This document shows, piece by piece, positions 29,366 through 37,221 of a stretch of 64,000 nucleotides of DNA. Each line of letters starts with the position of its first letter. Position 1 is the stretch's first letter. The stretch comes from Bacteroides uniformis (GTDB lineage: Bacteria > Bacillota_I > Bacilli_A > RFN20 > CAG-826). The position numbers and the translations under genes were made by a program. Under the pieces are notes generated by a model. That model had not been told where the DNA came from, ran no database searches, and saw only the letters and a list, made by a program, of their open reading frames with translations. The stretch spans positions 51,656 through 115,655 of the forward strand of contig CAVIBR010000002.1 of assembly GCA_963641445.1 (NCBI GenBank), read 5' to 3'.

Positions 29366-30592
29366 ATGAATTACATCAGACGACAATTAGAAAAAACAGT
29401 AGAAAAATTATCAAAGCAATTTCCTGTGATTATGCTTTGTGGGCAAAGGCAAACCGGGAAATCAACAATGTTAAGACATATCGCTGAAAAAGACAGGGTA
29501 TACGTTAGTTTTGATGATAATAAAGCAAGAACATTAGCGAAAAACGACCCTGAGTTGTTTTTTGAAAGATATGGAACAAAACTAATTATTGATGAATTTC
29601 AAAGAGTTCCAGAGATTTTGTTAGAAATCAAAAAAATAGTTGATGAAAAAACATACAATGATGAGGATTCCTCAGGAATGTTTTGGTTATCGGGCTCGCA
29701 AAAATTCGTTATGATGAAAAACATTTCTGAAACATTAGCGGGTAGAGTTGCCATACTAAGCTTAATGCCTTTATCTACAAAGGAAATCAATGGGCAAGAT
29801 GAAGATGTTTTCCACCCATACATCGAAACATTAAAAAAATTAGATCCACAAAAAGTAACGCAAAGCAAGATATTCGAAAGAATATTCCAAGGCGGGCTGC
29901 CAAAGATTATTGCTAATCAAGAATTGGATAGAGATGTTTATTATTCAAGCTATATAAACACTTATATCGAAAGAGATGTATCCGCACTAGAGCAGATTGG
30001 AAAACTTGATGAATTTAGAGATTTCATCACATATATGGCCGCGAATACAGCCCAGGAATTAAAATATGAAACTATATCAAAGGTTGTTGGAGTATCTTCT
30101 CCTACCATAAAAGAATGGGTAAGCATTTTGGAACGTTCCGGAATAATATATATCTTACGTCCTTATAATAATTCAGTAAGCAAAAGATTGGTTAAAACGC
30201 CGAAATGCTATTTCATAGATACAGGATTAGCAGCGTATCTAACTTCTTGGCCAACAGCAAGAACATTAGAGAATGGAGCAGCAGCTGGCGCTTTTTATGA
30301 AACGTATGTGGTATCCGAAATACTAAAAAGCTATTTTAACAACGGAAAAGAGCCAAATATTTATTATTATCGAGACATCGATCAAAAAGAAATCGATTTA
30401 TTGATTGTAGAGGGAGATAAGATCTATCCAATTGAAATAAAAAAGAATAAATTCCCGTCAAACCCGGATAAAAATTTTAAAGCGTTGGAAAAATTCAATC
30501 TTAAAATCATGCCAGGCATAATTCTTTGTATGAGTGATCAATTAATTCCTTATAACAGAGATTGCTGGCTATGCCCTATAAGTTTGATTTGA
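29366..30592 (+). CDS. AAA+ ATPase of the DUF4143 family (paralog 3)
   Basis: 408 aa. P-loop LCGQRQTGKST. Shares …YIERDV…, …KPKLYF(S/I)DTGLAAYL… and …YYYRD…EIDL… blocks with 7516-8745. Confidence 0.7.
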   Translation: MNYIRRQLEKTVEKLSKQFPVIMLCGQRQTGKSTMLRHIAEKDRVYVSFDDNKARTLAKNDPELFFERYGTKLIIDEFQRVPEILLEIKKIVDEKTYNDEDSSGMFWLSGSQKFVMMKNISETLAGRVAILSLMPLSTKEINGQDEDVFHPYIETLKKLDPQKVTQSKIFERIFQGGLPKIIANQELDRDVYYSSYINTYIERDVSALEQIGKLDEFRDFITYMAANTAQELKYETISKVVGVSSPTIKEWVSILERSGIIYILRPYNNSVSKRLVKTPKCYFIDTGLAAYLTSWPTARTLENGAAAGAFYETYVVSEILKSYFNNGKEPNIYYYRDIDQKEIDLLIVEGDKIYPIEIKKNKFPSNPDKNFKALEKFNLKIMPGIILCMSDQLIPYNRDCWLCPISLI

Positions 30593-30674
30593 TCATCCTC
30601 ATATCAAACATCTTTATAGTTCAAAGAAAATTGGTCATTCAAAAGAAGAATCTGAAATGTTTTATTAAACACAT

Positions 30675-30790
30675 TAATCTTTACGAAATTAAAATAATCT
30701 TTCGGATTTTTAATTATTCTCTCGGAAATTGAAATAATCTTTCGGAAAATCGATTATTCTTTCGGAAAATTCCCGAAAGATTATTGGCAA
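30675..30790. repeat. Array of about five 20-bp imperfect direct repeats (consensus AATTATTCTTTCGGAAAAT) ending in one inverted copy. A repeat-rich intergenic region upstream of the zinc-ribbon/SPFH/TIR gene cluster.
   Basis: taatctttacgaaatt / aaataatctttcggatttt / taattattctctcggaaatt / gaaataatctttcggaaaat / cgattattctttcggaaaat / tcccgaaagattattgg (inverted). Contiguous, with no spacers. Confidence 0.6.
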
Positions 30791-31180
30791 ATATGTTTTT
30801 TTCATAACTAAAATAAAATGGTTTTACAGTCAATTTCTTTTCAGAATATCGAGGATCTAACATAAAACTCGCATAATTAATGCTATTAATCATTAGTCAT
30901 GAAACAGCGATTGTTCAAAGACTAATGCCGTTTTTAAATCGTTTGAATATCAAATTCATAAATTTTTCAGAAAACTTAAACTGACACTTGTTTGAGAGAT
31001 GTAATTTATAATTAATGGGTGTTTTATAGGGTATTTTTAGATTTTTAAAGAATGATATTGTTTTAAAATTCTCCTTTCAATGAAATTTGACAAATATTTC
31101 TCGCTTTGAGTTGGCACTTTGTTGGCGCATGTTTTCTTATACTCTTTGAGTAAAAAATACAAAAGAAAGGTAACAGTCAT

Positions 31181-32821
31181 ATGAGTAAGTTTTACATTAA
31201 ATGTCCTAATTGTGGCAAATTCCATCTAGCATCAACCGGATTATTCGCTAGCAAACATATCGATTGCGATTGCGGTTATTCGATAAGTGTCAAAAACGAC
31301 AGAATGTCTTCCACAACATGCCCTGAATGCGACAACACTGTCGTTTACGATCAAGCAAAGGCGGGCAATGCTGAATGCCCAGTTTGTCATAAGCATTTAG
31401 ACCCATTAAAAGGGAATGGCTTAGTTAGCATTCATTGTCCAACATGCAATATCCAAACTAACGTAGATAAAGCGGCAAAATATTACACTTGCCCAGTTTG
31501 CGATACTACTATTGATGTTCAAAAGCAGATCGTTAAAGAGAATGCAGCAAATAGCAAAAAGATCTCTATTATCAAATACGAAGGCCCTAAAGATGTTATT
31601 TGCTATAAATATCCAGTCGAAGACTTTATTACAGGTTCAGAATTGATTGTTCATGAATCTCAAGTCGCAGTCTTCTTCAAAGATGGTGAAGCGTTAGATA
31701 CTTTCGGACCGGGAAGGCATTTCTTAACGACTGATAGGCTTCCTTTGATTGGAAAGTTCTACAAATTAGATACAAATCAAAACGCTCAGCCTTTCCATTG
31801 TGAAATATATTTCGTAAATATGTCCACCATAATGGGCGTCAAATGGGGCACGCCAAACAAAGTAGGCTTATTTGATCCTCATTCTGGTCTTCATGTCGAT
31901 ATTGGCGCATGCGGAACATTTAACCTAGTCGTCAAAGATGCAAGGAAACTCTTATTCAAGATTGTTGGCACAAGCAATGGCCTTTTTGAAGATGACATCA
32001 TTGGCGAAGATAGATTCTCTGGCATTTTCAAAGACTTGCTTGTTAACAAAGTTAAATCAAATCTTGCAAAAACAATCAGAGAAAGCAACATCAATATCCT
32101 TGAAGTAGACGAACATATCGATGAGATATCCGATGTTTTGAAGAAAGTGGTCAATCCAACACTTGAAGAATACGGGTTATCAATAACTGAATTCTACGTT
32201 GTTAACATTCTTCTTCCTAACGATGATCCAAACTTCAAGAAAATGAAGGAACAATATGCCGAGCAATATTTGAAAGTGAGAAACGAAAACATCCTTAAAG
32301 ATGAAGCGTTAGCAAAGCAGCAAAGAAGAATGGTTGAACTTCAAACTGAACAAAATGAAGAAATAATCAGAGCCCAAGCAAAAGCTCAAGCGTATCGTTT
32401 GCAAGCTCAAGCTGAAGCCGATGAAATGAAAATGAAGGGATACACCTACCAACAAGAAACCCAAAGACAGGTTGCATTAGGTGCAGTAACGAATGCGAGT
32501 GGAGAAGGCGGAGGAGTATCCGGAACTGCTTCAAGTATGATTGATTTGGGAATTGGCCTGGGAATGATGAAGGAGGTTGCAAAAACCGTTGGTGAAACAT
32601 TAAAACCAGGACTAGAAGAAAGTAAAAACGTCATATCAGAAACAATAAGTCCTTCTTCCACTTGGGAATGCCCTGAGTGCCATGCCAAAGGGCTAACTTC
32701 TAAGTTCTGCCCAGAATGTGGAGCAAAGAAGCCAGACGAAGAATGGACTTGTCCTGAATGCCATACCGAACATATCAAAACAAAATTCTGTCCTAATTGC
32801 GGACACAAAAGAGGAGAATAA
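31181..32821 (+). CDS. Multi-zinc-ribbon protein with a central SPFH/Band-7 (Band_7_1, YdjI-like) domain and a coiled-coil region
   Basis: 546 aa. The N-terminal 120 aa carry six CxxC pairs (CPNCG, CDCG, CPECD, CPVCH, CPTCN, CPVCD). Residues about 130-330 (IIKYEGPKDVICYKYPVEDFITGSELIVHESQVAVFFKDGEALDTFGPGRHFLTTD…FHCEIYFVN…GACGTFNLVV…) match the SPFH-like Band_7_1 fold. Then a Q/A/E-rich coiled coil and a Gly-rich linker. The C-terminus has two more zinc ribbons (CPECHAKG…CPECGAK; CPECHTEH…CPNCGHK). Confidence 0.65.
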   Translation: MSKFYIKCPNCGKFHLASTGLFASKHIDCDCGYSISVKNDRMSSTTCPECDNTVVYDQAKAGNAECPVCHKHLDPLKGNGLVSIHCPTCNIQTNVDKAAKYYTCPVCDTTIDVQKQIVKENAANSKKISIIKYEGPKDVICYKYPVEDFITGSELIVHESQVAVFFKDGEALDTFGPGRHFLTTDRLPLIGKFYKLDTNQNAQPFHCEIYFVNMSTIMGVKWGTPNKVGLFDPHSGLHVDIGACGTFNLVVKDARKLLFKIVGTSNGLFEDDIIGEDRFSGIFKDLLVNKVKSNLAKTIRESNINILEVDEHIDEISDVLKKVVNPTLEEYGLSITEFYVVNILLPNDDPNFKKMKEQYAEQYLKVRNENILKDEALAKQQRRMVELQTEQNEEIIRAQAKAQAYRLQAQAEADEMKMKGYTYQQETQRQVALGAVTNASGEGGGVSGTASSMIDLGIGLGMMKEVAKTVGETLKPGLEESKNVISETISPSSTWECPECHAKGLTSKFCPECGAKKPDEEWTCPECHTEHIKTKFCPNCGHKRGE

Positions 32822-32826
32822 AAACC

Positions 32827-33525
32827 ATGGTTAAGAAAGAAACTTATATTTTCGCTGGAATTATTACGGCCTTATCTTTATTGGCGTATTCTCTTCTATT
32901 TTTCCTCATTCCATTTCCAGTAAAGGATTCTAATGGACACATATTGAATTATGTGACAACGCTTGTGCTTGCTATCACCTTTGTCTGTTCTTTCCTTTTT
33001 GGCTTGTGGAAAAGAAAAGATGTCGCAGGACTTGTTTATAGAATTCCATTAATCAAGTTGATAATCGGATTTGTTATTGCCAACGTAATCGTTTCAATCA
33101 TTGAATGTACCATTAACTCCTTCGTGCCAATGCCATTCTATGCGCCAATAATTGTTGGAATCTTTGAACTCATCTTCTTCTTCAGTTTATTTGTGTTAAA
33201 AAGACAAAATATAACTCACATCGAAAATAACGAAGATAAACAAAAAGAAATGACAAGCGTCATTAAAGAATTAAGAACAAGAGCTAACGTTATCTTCAAT
33301 AACTGCAACGATGATGTTTCAAAAGAAAATATGAAGAAAGTTGTAGACGCTCTTCAATATTCTGATCCTGTTTCTTCTAAAGCGACAATTGAAAATGATG
33401 GCAAAATTGCTTCATTGTTAAATCAATTAGAAGAAATGGTTAATGATGGAAAATCCATAACATCCGTTGATGAAATATTAAAAGCAATTAGCAAAAGAAA
33501 CATAACAGCAATCAATAACAAATAA
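32827..33525 (+). CDS. Small membrane protein (4 predicted TM helices plus a C-terminal cytoplasmic helical domain), unknown function. Start revised to the ATG at 32827.
   Basis: The ORF track starts at a TTG (32797) inside the upstream gene. The ATG at 32827 (MVKKETYIF…) is preceded by AGAGGAGAA plus 8 nt and lies 5 nt after the upstream stop. Four hydrophobic segments, then a charged tail …KELRTRANVIFNNCNDDVSKENMKKVVDALQYSD…. Confidence 0.5.
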   Translation: MVKKETYIFAGIITALSLLAYSLLFFLIPFPVKDSNGHILNYVTTLVLAITFVCSFLFGLWKRKDVAGLVYRIPLIKLIIGFVIANVIVSIIECTINSFVPMPFYAPIIVGIFELIFFFSLFVLKRQNITHIENNEDKQKEMTSVIKELRTRANVIFNNCNDDVSKENMKKVVDALQYSDPVSSKATIENDGKIASLLNQLEEMVNDGKSITSVDEILKAISKRNITAINNK

Positions 33526-33540
33526 TCAGGAGTCTCTTTT

Positions 33541-36500
33541 ATGGCTTTATTTAAATGCAAAATGTGTGGGGGAGATCTCGTGGTCAAAGAGGGTGAGAAA
33601 GTAACCAAATGCCCCTATTGTGAGACAGCCCAAACAATCCCTAATCAAAAAGATGAACAAACAGTCAAATTAATTAACCGCGGAAATTTATTACGTAACC
33701 AAGGTGAATTCGATAAAGCGTATGGTATATTTTCCCAACTTCTAAATTCAGAAACCGAAGACGCGGAATTATATTGGAACCTTCTTCTTTGCAAATACGG
33801 CATAACATATGTCGATGATTATGATGGGAAGAAGATTCCAACCATCAATAGAATGTCACGCACCTCAATTCTTGATGATGACGATTATAAGAAAGTACTC
33901 TCTTTAGCAGATGTCGTTGCAAAAGATAATTATGTTGATGAAGCGAACAAAATAGCTAAGATTCAGGAGGGAATTTTGAAAATTGTTAATTCTGAAGAAC
34001 CATACGATGTCTTCATTTCCTACAAAGAAAGTGATGAAACAGGCGATAGAACAAGAGATTCCATTTTAGCGCAGGAAATCTACGATACTTTCACTAAAGA
34101 GGGATATCGTGTTTTTCTTTCCCGCATAACTCTTTCTAACATTATCGGAAAAGAATACGAACCATACATTTATTCTGCATTGTATTCATCAAAAATAATG
34201 TTATTGGTTTGCACGGATGAAAGTTACGTCAATTCCGTTTGGGTCAAAAATGAATGGACCAGATTCTTAGGCATGATGAAAGAGGATAAGAGTAAAACGC
34301 TTATCCCATGTTATAGAGATCTTGATCCATATGATTTGCCTAAGGAAATCAGAAACCTTCAAGGACTTGATATGTCCAAGCTTGGCTTCATCCAAGATTT
34401 AAAAACAGGCGTTTGCAAAATCCTTGGCAAAAAGAAAGCTGAGGCTGTTCCTTCTCCTACTCCAGCAAAAACGGAAAACAAGAACGAATCTCTAGATTTA
34501 GTCACCAAAATGATCAAAAGAGGATTCAGCTTCCTTGAACAAGAAAAGGGTGAACAAGCCAAAAAGATGTTTGAAGAGTCTTTGCTATATGAAGAAAGAA
34601 CCTACGCTTATTTAGGGTTACTTTGTCTTAAATACAATTGTTCAACAGTTGAAGAATTATATGCGCTTGATGATAAAAACATTGCAAACCAACCTCTTTT
34701 CAAAAAAGCTTTAAGCGTTGCTAACGAACAAGAACGAGAAACGTTAAATAACATCGTTAAAAGCATTACGGACAAAACATATAAGAAGGATCTAGCTAAA
34801 TACAATGCCGCTTTGAAATTGAAAAACGATGGCAATTATCATGACGCAATTCAAGCGTTTAATGCAATTCTAGATTTTTCCGATTCAAAGAATCAAATCA
34901 AAGAATGTGAAAATTTAATTCTAGAAGGTAAAAAAGCAATCCTTTACGAAAGACTATGCAAACAATATCAAGATAAATATTTCAAAGGCGTTTTAGAAAC
35001 GTTCCAAGAATTATATAAATTAGATAAAGATTATAAAGATTCTCGTAAATTGCAAGATGAATCCATTATCGCTTTATGCAACAATTTATTAAAAAGGAAC
35101 GATTATGTTAAAGTTCGAAAACTACTTAATGAAAATAGGTGTTTTTCCAAGGAATACATTGATGAAACATATAAAAAATGTGATCAGATTGAAAGAGAAA
35201 CTGAAAGCAAACAAGCAGAACATAAAAGAAGGCAAAACATTTATCAAGAATGTGATGTAATCAAAGAAAATGAAACGCTTTCTGACCTAGAAGCAAAATT
35301 GAACAAACTTCTTACGTGCAAGGGCGATGATTGCTATCCAGAATATACAGAGCAAAAGCTCAAAACAGCCATTAGGAAGAAAAAAGCAAAAAAAGGAATA
35401 TTCATAACTATCACCACAATGATTGTTTTAGCCGTTGGCGGAGGGATTCTCGCTAATGTAATCGTTAGCAAGATCAATGACAAAAAAGAGGCGGAGAGAT
35501 TATCTTCAATCGAAGAAAGACAATCTCAAGAACTATCTTCATTAAAGAAAAAATACGCCGCACCTATATTCAATTTCGAAGAAAAAACGATGACGTATGG
35601 CGTTTATCCACAAACTGTCGTTGATGATGAATCACTCATTGGCAAATTAAACGATTTAACAGGAGATTCTCAACATGAAAATGAATTTTATTATTACAAC
35701 GAAGAATATTATTATCCGGTAAAAGCAAATCCGAATAAGAGTAACTACGTTTTTAGCAATGGATCAAATATCATTAGTTCCACAAAATATTGGTTCAAAG
35801 TAGAGCCAATAAAATGGAAGATGATAAATGCTAGCGAAGACAGCATCACTTTAACAAGTACGGCATTGGTAACTAGACAGGCTTTTGCTGCCTCAACATA
35901 TGCCAATTCAGATGCAAGGAAATGGATTAATGGAGGATTTTATAACAAAGCTTTTTGTTTAGATGATTCCTTAATTCTTACTAGTGAGGTTGATAATAGT
36001 CATTCGATGCAAGATACATGTGGTAGCAAATATTACGAAGACAATACAAACGATAAGTTATATCTTTTAAGTTACCAAGATATTTATCAAAGAAAATACG
36101 AACTATCAACCGATACGACTGATCCTTATAACACCGGTTGCAAAATAACGGATTACATTAGAGCGTGTGGCGCATATTGCGACCTAAAAACTGGCTATGA
36201 ATATAATGGTGATTATTGGACGCGTTCCCTTTGCTCATCATCGGGCAATCCATCATGCGTAAATTCAAATGACACAATTAATCATAGCGTAGGTAATCGA
36301 AACTATAATGCATGCCTTAGACCATGCATGAAAATATCACACAAATGGACAGATGAAGAAAAAGCGTTAGCAAATAAGAACAATAATCAATTATCAGAGG
36401 GAAAGGCCGAGATTAAAGAAAAATATGGCAAACCTGTCGTAGATTTAGCTAATAACACGGTGAAATATGGCATATATCCACAAACTCTTGTTTCCGATGA

Positions 36501-37158
36501 AGCGTTAACAACTAAGTTAGATTCATCCTCTATTTACGATAGCGCTAACGGATGGTCTTACTATAACGGCGAATATTATAAGAAGTTTAAAGCTAACCCA
36601 TATGATAGTTCTTATACATACGATAACGATGAAACAATCGTAAGCGGAACATATTATTGGTTTAAATGTGAGCAAGTCGAATGGAAGATAATGAAAACGG
36701 GCGATGATGGCACATATCAACTAATAACTTCAAAACTGATAGATTGCAGATACTATTCATCAACACCAATGGATGATAGTTTTGCCAATTCATCAATAAG
36801 GACATGGCTTAACGGAACTTTTTATAATCAGATTTTTCTTGATCAGTCATATGTTCAAGAAACAAGCGATGAAAATAAATTTTATTTTTTAAGTGAGGAC
36901 GAATTATGCAGCTCAGATTATGGTTTTTCCTCCGATAATGCTTCGCGCTATTGCAAGACAACAGACTACGCTAGAGCGAATTATGCTTGTATTTATACTG
37001 ATGATGAAACTAAATATAACGGAATGTATTGGACTAGGACATATTATAAAGGTGGAGGCGGAGTTTTTTATGTCATCAAAAACGGATTTAACGATAGAGA
37101 CTCTGAATCAAGCATTATTTGCATTCGTCCATGCGTGAATATCAAAATCTCCGAATAA
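33541..37158 (+). CDS. Single-pass membrane TIR-domain protein: N-terminal zinc ribbon, TPR-like repeats, TIR domain, TPR-like region, one TM helix, then two extracellular DUF1566/Fib_succ_major-like lectin-type modules
   Basis: 1205 aa. Zinc ribbon CKMCGG…CPYCET. TIR: …PYDVFISYKESDETGDRTRDSILAQEIYDTFTKEGYRVFLSRITLSNIIGKEYEPYIYSALYSSKIMLLVCTDESYVNSVWVKNEWTRFLGM (DVFISY start, alphaC-like SxWxxNEW with Glu). TM at about aa 620, GIFITITTMIVLAVGGGILANVIV, preceded by KKKAKKG (N-in). The C-terminal 560 aa contain two repeated modules, each ending Y/MYWTRS/T…C(L/I)RPC(M/V)(K/N)I. RBS CAGGAG. Confidence 0.7.
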   Translation: MALFKCKMCGGDLVVKEGEKVTKCPYCETAQTIPNQKDEQTVKLINRGNLLRNQGEFDKAYGIFSQLLNSETEDAELYWNLLLCKYGITYVDDYDGKKIPTINRMSRTSILDDDDYKKVLSLADVVAKDNYVDEANKIAKIQEGILKIVNSEEPYDVFISYKESDETGDRTRDSILAQEIYDTFTKEGYRVFLSRITLSNIIGKEYEPYIYSALYSSKIMLLVCTDESYVNSVWVKNEWTRFLGMMKEDKSKTLIPCYRDLDPYDLPKEIRNLQGLDMSKLGFIQDLKTGVCKILGKKKAEAVPSPTPAKTENKNESLDLVTKMIKRGFSFLEQEKGEQAKKMFEESLLYEERTYAYLGLLCLKYNCSTVEELYALDDKNIANQPLFKKALSVANEQERETLNNIVKSITDKTYKKDLAKYNAALKLKNDGNYHDAIQAFNAILDFSDSKNQIKECENLILEGKKAILYERLCKQYQDKYFKGVLETFQELYKLDKDYKDSRKLQDESIIALCNNLLKRNDYVKVRKLLNENRCFSKEYIDETYKKCDQIERETESKQAEHKRRQNIYQECDVIKENETLSDLEAKLNKLLTCKGDDCYPEYTEQKLKTAIRKKKAKKGIFITITTMIVLAVGGGILANVIVSKINDKKEAERLSSIEERQSQELSSLKKKYAAPIFNFEEKTMTYGVYPQTVVDDESLIGKLNDLTGDSQHENEFYYYNEEYYYPVKANPNKSNYVFSNGSNIISSTKYWFKVEPIKWKMINASEDSITLTSTALVTRQAFAASTYANSDARKWINGGFYNKAFCLDDSLILTSEVDNSHSMQDTCGSKYYEDNTNDKLYLLSYQDIYQRKYELSTDTTDPYNTGCKITDYIRACGAYCDLKTGYEYNGDYWTRSLCSSSGNPSCVNSNDTINHSVGNRNYNACLRPCMKISHKWTDEEKALANKNNNQLSEGKAEIKEKYGKPVVDLANNTVKYGIYPQTLVSDEALTTKLDSSSIYDSANGWSYYNGEYYKKFKANPYDSSYTYDNDETIVSGTYYWFKCEQVEWKIMKTGDDGTYQLITSKLIDCRYYSSTPMDDSFANSSIRTWLNGTFYNQIFLDQSYVQETSDENKFYFLSEDELCSSDYGFSSDNASRYCKTTDYARANYACIYTDDETKYNGMYWTRTYYKGGGGVFYVIKNGFNDRDSESSIICIRPCVNIKISE

Positions 37159-37221
37159 AACAAAAATCCATTTTTCCCCATCAAAAGCCTTACGGATTTA
37201 CATTTTAGTAAGGCTTTTTAA

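Noticed and set aside
30675-30790. Possible CRISPR array
   Set aside because: The repeats are contiguous with no unique spacers, are only about 20 bp, are degenerate, and include an inverted copy. No cas genes nearby.
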